From Candidatus Latescibacterota bacterium (GTDB lineage Bacteria; Latescibacterota; UBA2968; GCA-2709665), in the NCBI GenBank assembly GCA_965203805.1, contig OZ241917.1:1856001-1920000 (forward strand): DNA of 64,000 nucleotides. The letters run 5' to 3'. The translations under genes and the position numbers were made by a program. Shown here piece by piece: positions 51,256-61,107 of this stretch. How positions within the stretch are numbered: the stretch's first letter is position 1; each line of letters starts with the position of its first letter. The notes under the pieces were generated by a model, which had not been told where the DNA came from, ran no database searches, and worked only from the letters and a program-made list of their open reading frames with translations.

Positions 51256-52413
51256 TCAGCGTTGAACCACAATGACGCTGGCGTCGTGGGCGAGATTAAA
51301 ATGTCCCGATACGATCAATTCTTCGCCTTCTATGAGACCTTCTTCAATTTCGATTAATTCGTCGTTCTCCAACCCAGTTCTTACGTAACGCCATTTTGCC
51401 AAACCACCCTCATGTACGAAAATCAGCTTCCGGTCGTCACGGACAAGCAGAGCATCCCTGGGAACGAGTAGGCGCTTCCTGAACACACGGGTTTCAACAT
51501 CGACTTTGGCGAACATACCTGGCTTGATCCTGTGTTCGGGGTTGTCGATCCAGATTTGAATGTCACACATACCGCTTTCAGAGTCAACCACCGGGTTAAT
51601 CACTCGAATCGTTCCGCCGAACTTCTCGCCCGAAAAAGCGTGGAGACGTATTGATACGGGGGCGCCAACCCTCGCCAACGGCAACTCTCTCTCAAGGATA
51701 CCGACTTCAAGTGTCAGGGAATCGAGCCCTACCAGCCGCATTAAATCCTGGCCTTGCGCGACCGTACCGCCATTACCGATTTCCAGGTCGGTCACATACG
51801 CGTTGAAACGGGCTCTGATGACTGTATTGTCTACCTTTAGTTTCGCCTCTGCGACATCCAGTCTTGCCCGCGTAAGGCCCGTACTGCTGGCAAGCCACGC
51901 CTTGCGCGAGTTCTCCGACGCCAGCGCCAAGGCATCCATATCGTCAACATTGGCACTGTCGACCGTCTCTTCCATTTCCTTCTTTAAACGTCCGCCCCTG
52001 TCCAAGTGGTTTCCCACAAGGGCTAGGGCGGCATATTCACGCAATGCACGGGTCATCTGATCCTTCGCCTTCATATAAGCGATACGATAGGGTTCGCCGT
52101 CGATCTCAATTACAATGTCGCCCTCGCGGACAAAACTACCCTCCCCGACATGCAAACGATGTACCTGTCCGGAGACCCGGGCGACGACACGCGTCTCGAT
52201 ACGAGGCCTGAAAACTCCTTCCGAAGAGATTCTTCTCACGAGATCCCGTTTACGGACCGTCTCCACCACGACTGGCGTATTCGGAGACTCGAATTCGGGA
52301 AACGCGTCCAGTGCTTTGTCTCGCGAAGTCGCGGATGGATTGAGGGCATTCCAAACCACAAACCCCACGGTTCCAAGCCCAAACCCCAGCACAATATAAA
52401 ATAGACGTTTCAC
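51256..52413 (-). CDS. RND periplasmic adaptor (membrane fusion protein)
   Basis: N-terminal TM, VSGQV..LHVGEG..V..GD, IRARF, KPGMFA and V.TG motifs. Confidence 0.9.
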   Translation of the reverse strand: MKRLFYIVLGFGLGTVGFVVWNALNPSATSRDKALDAFPEFESPNTPVVVETVRKRDLVRRISSEGVFRPRIETRVVARVSGQVHRLHVGEGSFVREGDIVIEIDGEPYRIAYMKAKDQMTRALREYAALALVGNHLDRGGRLKKEMEETVDSANVDDMDALALASENSRKAWLASSTGLTRARLDVAEAKLKVDNTVIRARFNAYVTDLEIGNGGTVAQGQDLMRLVGLDSLTLEVGILERELPLARVGAPVSIRLHAFSGEKFGGTIRVINPVVDSESGMCDIQIWIDNPEHRIKPGMFAKVDVETRVFRKRLLVPRDALLVRDDRKLIFVHEGGLAKWRYVRTGLENDELIEIEEGLIEGEELIVSGHFNLAHDASVIVVQR

Positions 52414-52866
52414 TGTTTCGACACCCGTACGCGTCGCATAGCGGTTAACCTTTGCAGACAAAGAAGGACACGGTTTTCGTAGGTTCAATGTCAGTCAAAA
52501 ACCATTGATAGAGAGCCGCGAATGTGTCAAGTGGAGAGTTTCGCGACGACAATGTAACGGCGCATCGAACCTTTATTCGTCACTCTTCAGCAAACCAGAA
52601 TCGGACTCTTTCAGAAGTTTAAGTGCGAAATGAGAACCAAGAAGCCCGCAATCCCAAGTACACCTGCGATATCTAGTCCGAATTGAGAAATAACACTTCC
52701 GACGTATCGAAGAGTTGATGGCAATCCCCATCAGCCGTCTCTTTGACCAGATTCGCAGTATCAGAAAAAAGTCCCCGAATACTCCAATAGTCGAGCATTC
52801 GAAGACAACGGGATATTCAACAGGCGGATTTATGTGGTACTAATTCATTCTCCGGTCAGTCTTATA

Positions 52867-53874
52867 TCATTCCGACGGTTCCCAATGATTGCATATTAAC
52901 TCCAGGTCGTGCAATGCAGCCTCTTCGAGGTTTGCGATTTCCAAAAGACGTTTGTTAAGTTTTTCTAATGTCGGTATCAAGGCTCTTTTTTGGGCAATAT
53001 AACAGAGGTTTCGGAATACAAGCCATTTTTGGGAAATCGTCTTGAATTGCCTCGCCAACTGACACAAACGACGATCTCGCAACGAGACCGCCCCGAATTC
53101 CAGAAATTTCGCGTGACCCTCACGCTCGGGGATTACCATCTGAGTTTGTCGGAAAACCTGATCTAGTAGCTTACGTGCATTCTCCTGCTTGAGCCATTTC
53201 CAGTGTTCCAAGTCGTTAGCGAGTGATCGCAGACCCGTCAACCCGAAACAGGTACCAGGTACGTGGAAACTGTCGCCATGCATAAATTGGATATTCTTAT
53301 TAATCGATCGTATAGTCTCGTCGGACGTCAGGTTCCAACGGGGTTCCGAACATTTGATTTCCAGCCACGTAAATCTTGGGATTTCATTTGATCCCCAGGC
53401 TTCCGTCAATCCGGAGATCGGCAGACTTCCTCGGAACAACTTAGTTGGCGATGGATCTACAATATGTACCATGTCCATTTCGTCGTCGTACCCAGCAAGA
53501 ATAACGGCGTGAGATGAATGATGGCCTAGTCCCGGATAGTAGTAACGTTCTAGATAATACGTGTCGGCTACCGCCGGTACCGGAACGCCCTCATCTATTC
53601 GCGACTTAGCGCATTTCCAGGCAGTTTCACCATCTCGTTCGTGATGCACTGTTACATGAATACCACATTGTCTTAATCTCGTCTGAAAATGAGTGATACG
53701 TGGACTAATTTTCACTTCTGAACTGCCTTCCAGTTGGTATGAGAAATACCACTCGTCGTGCAATACGGTGGCAGTCGTGTACCCAAAAAACTGCAACATT
53801 ACATCTAATGCCACATAATCACAGGGATACGAATCGCAATCGCAGAAAGGAATTCCGGATATAAGTCGTCCCAT
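52867..53874 (-). CDS. BtrH-like protein (BtrH_N papain/C39-like fold; putative ACP-dependent acyltransferase)
   Basis: N-terminal Cys (YPCD), PV...D.YYL..Y...H..H...LAGYD, and a helical C-terminus (GL.GL..LA...ER..HA.FL...LE). Confidence 0.7.
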   Translation of the reverse strand: MGRLISGIPFCDCDSYPCDYVALDVMLQFFGYTTATVLHDEWYFSYQLEGSSEVKISPRITHFQTRLRQCGIHVTVHHERDGETAWKCAKSRIDEGVPVPAVADTYYLERYYYPGLGHHSSHAVILAGYDDEMDMVHIVDPSPTKLFRGSLPISGLTEAWGSNEIPRFTWLEIKCSEPRWNLTSDETIRSINKNIQFMHGDSFHVPGTCFGLTGLRSLANDLEHWKWLKQENARKLLDQVFRQTQMVIPEREGHAKFLEFGAVSLRDRRLCQLARQFKTISQKWLVFRNLCYIAQKRALIPTLEKLNKRLLEIANLEEAALHDLELICNHWEPSE

Positions 53875-54577
53875 GGCAATTCCTTAAGCTTGAAAAAAGT
53901 CGACATACGGCAGAGTCGGCGTATGCATTTATCGTCTTTTCAGTTTTACTATTGCGTAAACGACATTCTGCAATTCAGACGGCATGGCCGTTTCGTTAAG
54001 ATCGTCTATTGACGATACCGAATCACACAATCCGTAGAAACACTAAGACCATTCATCGGTGACCCACCCGAGTCTTGAATTAGGTAAAATCACCAGCCAT
54101 GGCGCTGACCACGCTGCAATTTCAAAAAAAAATCCTCAAGTTGATCATCCATTGAACTTTCGATTTATGGCGAACATTCGTGAGGCGATTTGTCACCTCC
54201 TGCTTTTTTCTTAAGCGAGATGTTCTCATTCTGCCGCCTCCACCGGCCGAGAAGACGAACCGCAGACACGATTAGTGAGTAATCACTCATTCTACATTTA
54301 TGACTCCAGCAAATCTGAAATCAAGGGGATGGTACGAACGCACACCGTCGCGATGGCAGAAATACGTCGTGGAAATCGCTCGGCGCTTCGGATATTTCGC
54401 GGCGAACAAAGTAGCCGTTTCGACCGAAACGGCGGGCGTCAGATAGGGCCTAAGCAGACGACACTATCTGTTTCGGTTGTCCCCGACCCGCGAAGCCCAT
54501 ATCTACCTATCCCGTTTTTTTCTTCGTTTTAAGAGTCTGGCAGTGCGACATCTACGCGACAGGGCTGGCGAGGCGGC

Positions 54578-54617
54578 CAGACAGGAATGTCCGCCCCACC
54601 TTCAGACCGGCATCCTC
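54578..54617 (+). repeat. 40-bp direct repeat, copy 1, downstream of the Kelch gene
   Basis: CAGACAGGAATGTCCGCCCCACCTTCAGACCGGCATCCTC; 37 of 40 positions match 55820-55859. Confidence 0.85.
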
Positions 54618-54646
54618 AGCATAACAGATCAGGTGCGCGGTTACTC

Positions 54647-55780
54647 TCAGGGTGTGAAAATGAAAATCTGATCCGTAGTCGACTCCCAATCTTGACTGTC
54701 ATCCCTCCACTTGATTCCGCCGGCGACCATCACGCGGCCGTCTTCAAGGAGCGTGGCCGTAGCGAAAGACCTGCGCGGGCTGATGCTGTATCCGGTATTG
54801 GAAAATGCGTGCGTTACGGGATCATACAGTACGATATCGCCGTTGTACGAGCGGATAAGAAGCACGTTGCCGGACGGCAGCAGCAGGGCGGCACTGGGAT
54901 CGATCGTTGAGACGCCGGCCGGTGAAAAGGTATTGGCTTCCGGGTCGTAGATCTCCGCCGTCTGCACGGATGGCCCTCTGCCGGCGCCGCCGCCTATGAT
55001 AAGGACCCTCCCGTCCTCCAGTAGCACCGCCTTATGATTCCTGCGGTCGAACTGCAAGTTGCCTGCTTCCGAAAGGGCTTCGGCCGAGGGATCATAGATA
55101 AGATTCCGTCCCAGCAATCCTGGGTCCCGTCCAACATTCTGTCCTCCAACGATCAACACCCTGCCGTCCTTCAACAGAGTGGCCGTATGGCCGATTCGGG
55201 AACGATCCATCCTGAGCAAGGGGGAGAATGGGCCTGTAGTCGGGTCGAAGACACCCGCGTATAACGTGCTGGTCAAGAAGACCTTTCCGTCGAGAAGCAG
55301 AGTGGCAGTAAGAATCCCAATTCTCCCAGGCAAAACTGCCACAGGGTTGAATCTGCCGGAATGAGCATCGTACCTCTCAATGGGGAGATTGGGATTTCCG
55401 GGGATGATCAGGACCCGGCCGTCGGGAAGCAATATGCCGTGGTCCTCGCTGCGACTGGCGGTCAGGTCTCCCGTTGGCGTTGAGGTCCCGGTTTCAGGGT
55501 CGAATATTTCCGCACTGATGAGACGCTTCGGCTGAGGAATGGGGGTATCCGGGGGAGGCGGCCCCGTGAGTACGACCGGCAGTTCTTCGAGGCCGCCAGC
55601 GATCAGGACCTTGCCATCGTTCAGTAACGTCGCGGCATGCCAATACCGGGGTCGGGTCAGGTTTCCAACCTCGTGAAGACCCCTTTCAAGGGCCGGCGGC
55701 TCTGATGTGGTTACCGAATCGCTTCCGCAAGCCCACAAGCTCGTGACGACAAACAGCGCAAACAGGATTCTGGTGGTCAT
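54647..55780 (-). CDS. Kelch/galactose-oxidase-type beta-propeller lipoprotein
   Basis: Lipobox LWA-C; repeated R..H.ATLL.DG.VLI.GG and AEI(F/Y)DP. Confidence 0.88.
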   Translation of the reverse strand: MTTRILFALFVVTSLWACGSDSVTTSEPPALERGLHEVGNLTRPRYWHAATLLNDGKVLIAGGLEELPVVLTGPPPPDTPIPQPKRLISAEIFDPETGTSTPTGDLTASRSEDHGILLPDGRVLIIPGNPNLPIERYDAHSGRFNPVAVLPGRIGILTATLLLDGKVFLTSTLYAGVFDPTTGPFSPLLRMDRSRIGHTATLLKDGRVLIVGGQNVGRDPGLLGRNLIYDPSAEALSEAGNLQFDRRNHKAVLLEDGRVLIIGGGAGRGPSVQTAEIYDPEANTFSPAGVSTIDPSAALLLPSGNVLLIRSYNGDIVLYDPVTHAFSNTGYSISPRRSFATATLLEDGRVMVAGGIKWRDDSQDWESTTDQIFIFTP

Positions 55781-55819
55781 TTTCTGTCTCCTTTCCGACC
55801 GAAGGATACACGATGTGGA

Positions 55820-55859
55820 CAGACAGGAATGTCCGCCCCACCTGCAGACCGGATTCCTC
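55820..55859 (+). repeat. 40-bp direct repeat, copy 2, upstream of the Kelch gene
   Basis: CAGACAGGAATGTCCGCCCCACCTGCAGACCGGATTCCTC. Confidence 0.85.
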
Positions 55860-56393
55860 TGCATGACGGTTCCGCGCAGGCGGCGGACATCCTGCTTCTC
55901 AGGTGTCGCCGCGTGTAAATAGCGCAGAGATGATCCCATGCTGCAGTAGATCCTTCGTCGGCCTGGGGACCCTTCGACGGGCTCGCTTCGACAGGCCACT
56001 TCGGCAAGCTCAGTGCAAGCAGCACAAGCAGGGCAAGTCCTCTGGATGACAGCCGGAAGCTTCGTGCTCGTGTAACCAGGTTGATCAAACCTTCCTAAAC
56101 ACCATCTCTTAAACGGATTTCGCCAATGTTGTTAAAAATGAGGTGCCGGTTTGTAATCCGGTGTCTTCGGACAAATGGGAAACGGTCGCCTGAGATGGTT
56201 TAATTAAACTGGGAGAAACTGTCACATGCCGCTGATCTTACGTTTGATCAAATCAAAAACGAACACGATTTACAGCGATTGGAAAAACAACTGATGACGA
56301 GACATCCTCCCAATATCATCTTCATGGTATGTGAAGATCAATAGGGTGCGATTGTCTAAAATCCAACATTTCCGCTAGATGACAAAGCCCAAT

Positions 56394-56657
56394 TTAGCTG
56401 CTCGCCAATTTACCGGACACATAACGAACCATAGAATTCACAGAATCGAAGAGGTCGACGCGTAATTCTTCGTCATCCACCTCAATTCCAAACTCCTGTT
56501 CAAGAGCAAAGATGATTTCTAGTGCGGCAATCGAGTCAACTCCCACGCCCTCGAAAAGCAACTCATCATCGGCAATGTCGTTAGGGTCAATACTCAGGCG
56601 GAGTGACTGGACGATCGCAGATTTTACACGCTGTCCAATGAGCGTCAATTCTTCCAT
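56394..56657 (-). CDS. Acyl carrier protein
   Basis: 87 aa, acidic; GVDSIAALE phosphopantetheine-Ser motif; LEQEFGIEV; overlaps the upstream stop. Confidence 0.9.
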   Translation of the reverse strand: MEELTLIGQRVKSAIVQSLRLSIDPNDIADDELLFEGVGVDSIAALEIIFALEQEFGIEVDDEELRVDLFDSVNSMVRYVSGKLASS

Positions 56658-58561
56658 CCGTTTTTCTTGTCCTCGGTAAAGTGATTGATTGCCACATCAA
56701 CCGCCTTTTGAATACCCTCTGCCGACGAAATACATATGGCGGGTAATCCAAAAGACCGTTCCAATTGTCCCAACTTACAGGCTACTTCGGCTTGAGTCAG
56801 CGGTCGCGGTCTTATCGACGTTCGACCATACCTAGCCTGCACTCCCTTTTCAAAGTCTGACGTGGCTAGCAACAATGTGGGCGCGTGACAAAATGCGCGA
56901 ATGCCGTTGACCGTGTCCTGAATATAGTCTTCGGGATCGACACTGTTTACCACCAATATGCAAGCATCAGGCTTCACACCCATTAAAAAAGCAATGGTGG
57001 GCAGCGTCAAAGTATGCTTGTCGCATACGTCATAGGGAACCGTTCCGGATTGGGTACCGACCAAAATGAGATGAGGTCGCGTTTGGTAGCAAATCTCGCG
57101 CATCTTCGCATCGAGAAACGGAATATAGTATTCAGTCGGAATTCGAACAGAGGGTGCGTAGCCCATTGGAAACCCATAATCCATGCCGAATAGCTCGGAA
57201 TGATGTTCAGTCCCAATCTGTGCAATCCGAAACCCTAGTTCTAGCAATCTTCGCCGGAACGCTAATTGAAGAGAAAATTTACCCTGTTGCGAACTCGTAC
57301 CTACTATAGCCAAAACCGGTACATCCACTTCGGGGATCGATGAGCATCCATCGATTGTACGGCTCGCCTCTTCAAACGACAGCTCAGGATAATACAGTCT
57401 CAATCCTTTAGAAGCAGCGACTTCATGCAAGTCACCGTACTCCGCGTGAGGTAGTGCAAGTAGGCTGAACACGTTTACTTCATTATCGAGTGCGACCTGA
57501 ACGCACTTTCTAAGGAAATCGCTCTTACGGATTCGACTCAATTCATCAACGTAACCAAGAATCAGAGTGTCTGCATGCTCCAGACACGCCGACAGCCGGG
57601 ATGTGATCCGGAGACCCTTATTACACAGGCCGATTGCTTCCCCTGCATCGCTGCCGACCAATCCCTTTCCGACAGGATCGGATATGCCCACGACCTGAAA
57701 GCCCAATAGGTCATTCGCACGAACTACGGCGTGCATTTCCTTATTATACGGGTAGAGGCAGGCCTTGCGTATCCACGAGAAGCGATCCTCTGCAGCAGAC
57801 GGGACCTTGATGGATGACGCAGGGTTTGTTACGAGAGGAGGCGCCGTTTCGGATACTGCGTGGTTACTCAGAATCTCACGGATCTGTTGCAAGCAGGCAC
57901 CAGGGTAAGCCTGCCGGATTAGCGCGATCAGACCGGTTATATGTGGCGCAGCGAAACTGGTACCGCCCATCATTATTTCCTTCGGCTCCAACCAACACAC
58001 CCGTTGGGGGTCGCCGCGCGCAATGCACTCAATCGGTCGACCGGCGCGATAATAGTAGTCGTACGGGCCAAGCAACGCACCCGAACCGACACCAATGACG
58101 TCGGCTAACAACGCAGGATACGAGTCACGTCCCTCGTTATTTGCGGATGCTACCAAAAGAGTACCAACGCTGACTGCATTGCGACAGACGTTTGCCAACT
58201 CGTCACGATAAGCGATATCCGTTGTTCCCAAGCTTAGATTTACAATGTCGATTCCGTGCGCAACTGTCCATTCGATGGCCGCTATGAGCAGTCGTGGTTC
58301 CGTCGACAAGGATTCGTCAAAAACTCGGATACTATAAATTGAGGCGTCCATCGCTTTCCGCCGGATAATACCTGCACAGGCCGTTCCGTGACCCACGCAG
58401 TCTTCAAAATCAGAACCATAGATTAAATCCCCTGCTTTACCGACTGATATAGAAACCCCGCCTGTCAACGGACCAACCTTCGGGTGGTCCGGCACGATGC
58501 CACTATCTATAACTGCGACGGCAACGCCGCGTCCGGTCAAGTTTGAAAACGGAAAACTCAT
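56645..58561 (-). CDS. S8 (subtilisin) peptidase fused to a DUF1611-like P-loop domain
   Basis: Triad VAVIDSG / HGTACAG / GTSFAAPH, no signal peptide; C-terminal half has GTSSQQGKFS, GTE and VGTQSG. Confidence 0.8.
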   Translation of the reverse strand: MSFPFSNLTGRGVAVAVIDSGIVPDHPKVGPLTGGVSISVGKAGDLIYGSDFEDCVGHGTACAGIIRRKAMDASIYSIRVFDESLSTEPRLLIAAIEWTVAHGIDIVNLSLGTTDIAYRDELANVCRNAVSVGTLLVASANNEGRDSYPALLADVIGVGSGALLGPYDYYYRAGRPIECIARGDPQRVCWLEPKEIMMGGTSFAAPHITGLIALIRQAYPGACLQQIREILSNHAVSETAPPLVTNPASSIKVPSAAEDRFSWIRKACLYPYNKEMHAVVRANDLLGFQVVGISDPVGKGLVGSDAGEAIGLCNKGLRITSRLSACLEHADTLILGYVDELSRIRKSDFLRKCVQVALDNEVNVFSLLALPHAEYGDLHEVAASKGLRLYYPELSFEEASRTIDGCSSIPEVDVPVLAIVGTSSQQGKFSLQLAFRRRLLELGFRIAQIGTEHHSELFGMDYGFPMGYAPSVRIPTEYYIPFLDAKMREICYQTRPHLILVGTQSGTVPYDVCDKHTLTLPTIAFLMGVKPDACILVVNSVDPEDYIQDTVNGIRAFCHAPTLLLATSDFEKGVQARYGRTSIRPRPLTQAEVACKLGQLERSFGLPAICISSAEGIQKAVDVAINHFTEDKKNGWKN

Positions 58562-58672
58562 CGCACCTGTTCACGAAAAAGCTAAAGGAGGACGGCGATA
58601 TTCTCACGAATATCGCATTGCCAGGAAATCGGTTAGAGTTGTTTCCCCCAACTTCTCCTAAAAGCAGAAATA

Positions 58673-59164
58673 CTAACCTCCGTCATCGGTCTCGGTTGCC
58701 ACCGGAAATCCCGCCTCGGCCCACAACGGCCATCCACCGGAAAGCACCCTGACGTTTGCATATGTGAATTCTCGTGCGAGGCGCCGCGCTACATCATAGC
58801 TACTCATACATGTAGCATTTGCACAGTAGACGATAATATCGGTATCCGCCGGATAAGGCTCAAGCACACGATGCAATTCGGAAGTCGAATAGTGATATGA
58901 CAGACGGACAGCACCCGGAATATGCCCACCATTAAATGCCTCAGCCGAGCGAGCATCTACAAATAACGCTGCTCCCCTGTCATATTGGTGCTTAGCTTCA
59001 ACTAAATCCAATGTCCCAATAGCCTGTTCTTCTAAAGTGCCGACATTTGCAAGAGGAAGTCCAGCCACCGTCCGCCGGGCATAAAACCACTCGGTCAATT
59101 GAAGGACGGCACAATACATCACAATTAATATGAATACCAGTGAAACTATAACCCATCGCCACAC
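58673..59164 (-). CDS. Membrane-anchored rhodanese-like protein
   Basis: N-terminal TM; FVDARS..F..GHIPGA; YCANATC; LSGGW..W..AGFP. Confidence 0.85.
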   Translation of the reverse strand: MWRWVIVSLVFILIVMYCAVLQLTEWFYARRTVAGLPLANVGTLEEQAIGTLDLVEAKHQYDRGAALFVDARSAEAFNGGHIPGAVRLSYHYSTSELHRVLEPYPADTDIIVYCANATCMSSYDVARRLAREFTYANVRVLSGGWPLWAEAGFPVATETDDGG

Positions 59165-59195
59165 GAATTCGTATCCAATTCGGGACTCTTATTAA

Positions 59196-59385
59196 CCTTG
59201 ATTCGAAAGTCCCCGGGGACGTTAATTCGAATATGTGCTTTAAATAAAGGCGATTAGACGGCGGAAACCGAGGATACACCAGGTCACTGGACGTGAAGGG
59301 AAAAAACATCTTTCTTTATGTCGACAACGCCCCGTTTCGGAGGGTTTTATCGCGTCGCCGCGTTGCTGTTTTTTTCGGATTGAGG
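59196..59385. mobile_element. 190-bp MITE with IS1380-type ends, copy A
   Basis: TTAA|CCTTGATTCGAAA ... TTTTCGGATTGAGG|TTAA; aligns end to end with 63205-63397. Confidence 0.8.
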
Positions 59386-61068
59386 TTAATTGCGTGCCGT
59401 TGAAAAAAAACTGTTTAAGAAACTTTGTTTCTGGAGCAACGCCTGAGGTTGACCCTGTTCAACTACGGTGCCGTTATCAATGCAGATCACTTCATCCACA
59501 TTTCGGACGACGTTTAGTCTATGACTGATAACTAGGATTGTCTTTCCAGCAAATATCCGTCGGACATTTCGAAGAATCGTGTGTTCATTTTGGGGATCCA
59601 AAGCTGCGGTCGCTTCGTCCATGATTAGCAACTCCGCAGGATTCAACAGGGCTCTAGCAATTGCAAGCCGTTGTCGTTGCCCACCCGACATCTGTACTCC
59701 TTGCTCTCCTATAGTTTCATGTTGATTCAGATCGTTCAGACCAACCATCTCCATGACGCGGTCGATTTCTGATGAGTTATACCGAGCCGATCCGTACCGG
59801 ATATTCTCGCCGACGCTATCGTGAAATAGGTGGACTCGTTGGCTAACCAAACTGATATTTCGCCTCAAGTCCGACAGTTCGAATTCTCGCATTTGAACAT
59901 TGTCAATGTTGATGCAACCTCGATCGGGAAGATGAAGCCCACAAAGCAAATTGGCAATCGTCGACTTTCCACTTCCACTCGCACCTACCAAAGCATACGA
60001 TTTCCCTTTTGCCATACTAAATTTCACTCCTCGAAGTACTGTCTGACTCTCAAAACTAAAATAAACATCTTGAAGGTCAATCTGCCTCCCGAAGGTAAAC
60101 TGTTTTCGTCCAGCAAAAAAACCAACCTCCGAGGGAATCTGCATAAACTCCAACACGCGACGCATGGAAACCAACCCTCGAACGAGCCCAATGTACATAT
60201 CGTGCAGGTTCCGGACTGGCTGGAAAAGACGTACCGAGTACTGTAGGAAGGCAACTAGAGCGCCAAGCGACATGACGTCTTGCATAACCTGATACGCTCC
60301 GAATCCCATAATGAAGAGGGGGGTTAACGCGGCCAACCCTCCTGACACACTATTCATTGAGGCATAGTACAGGACATTGCGCATGATTAATTCAATTAGA
60401 TCATCCGACATAAAACGAAATCTATCGGTTTCTCGCCTCGAACTATTCGTAAGTTTAATTAATGAGACGTTTTTAAATCGTTCAATTACGTAGCTGGAAA
60501 TGTCGGACCCCTTTTTCTGAATCTTTTCGATATTCCGTCTAATCCTAGGCTGAAAATAGGTCAGATTTAATACAAACAACGGGACGCCGATTACAGTCAG
60601 CAAAAAAAGGGAGGCATTTAGCCACATCAGCAATACGATCAGCCCAATCAAAGTCAGGACACTGTGGATCGAGTGCAACGCGCTGGAAGTCAGCATCGAC
60701 TCAATCACTGCCACATCACTATTGAGCCGGTAGACCAAATCTCCTGTCTTTCGATTGTCAAGTGAGCTTATCGGTAAATCCAACAACTTACGAAACATCC
60801 GCACTCGCATATCCCGAACAATGCGATTACTGCACCACGCGTAGAGGTAGTTTGATGCGAAAGACAAGATCATATTAGTTAACATCAAACCGCAGAGAAG
60901 TCCGATCGCGACTAGAAGAGTGGTATATTGTTTGGCTGGAATTATGTCATCGATAATCGTCTTCGTAATGTACGGTGGAGCTAAGGAAACCGCAGTGGTA
61001 AGGACAAGACAGATCACAACGATTAATCCCTTAAAGCGGTAGGGATTCAGGAATTTGGCAAATCGCAC
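59386..61068 (-). CDS. ABC exporter, fused permease and ATPase (no C39 domain)
   Basis: 6-TM domain, GASGSGKST, MSGGQRQR, MDEATAALD and ISHR. Confidence 0.93.
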   Translation of the reverse strand: MRFAKFLNPYRFKGLIVVICLVLTTAVSLAPPYITKTIIDDIIPAKQYTTLLVAIGLLCGLMLTNMILSFASNYLYAWCSNRIVRDMRVRMFRKLLDLPISSLDNRKTGDLVYRLNSDVAVIESMLTSSALHSIHSVLTLIGLIVLLMWLNASLFLLTVIGVPLFVLNLTYFQPRIRRNIEKIQKKGSDISSYVIERFKNVSLIKLTNSSRRETDRFRFMSDDLIELIMRNVLYYASMNSVSGGLAALTPLFIMGFGAYQVMQDVMSLGALVAFLQYSVRLFQPVRNLHDMYIGLVRGLVSMRRVLEFMQIPSEVGFFAGRKQFTFGRQIDLQDVYFSFESQTVLRGVKFSMAKGKSYALVGASGSGKSTIANLLCGLHLPDRGCINIDNVQMREFELSDLRRNISLVSQRVHLFHDSVGENIRYGSARYNSSEIDRVMEMVGLNDLNQHETIGEQGVQMSGGQRQRLAIARALLNPAELLIMDEATAALDPQNEHTILRNVRRIFAGKTILVISHRLNVVRNVDEVICIDNGTVVEQGQPQALLQKQSFLNSFFSTARN

Positions 61069-61107
61069 AATTGCGTTTATTGATGAGATGTGTGGCTCCG
61101 CGGAAAA

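Noticed and set aside
53880-54300. Possible second precursor peptide or further MITE upstream of the BtrH-like gene
   Set aside because: The GGAGG is followed only by short ORFs without the leader motif, and the MITE-like ends are too weak
54578-55859. CRISPR array or integron attC sites
   Set aside because: Only two repeats 1.2 kb apart, no cas or intI gene, and no RYYYAAC/GTTRRRY boxes
52867-56657. Butirosin-like aminoglycoside or NRPS/PKS cluster
   Set aside because: No DOI synthase, sugar aminotransferase, adenylation, condensation or ketosynthase domain in the window
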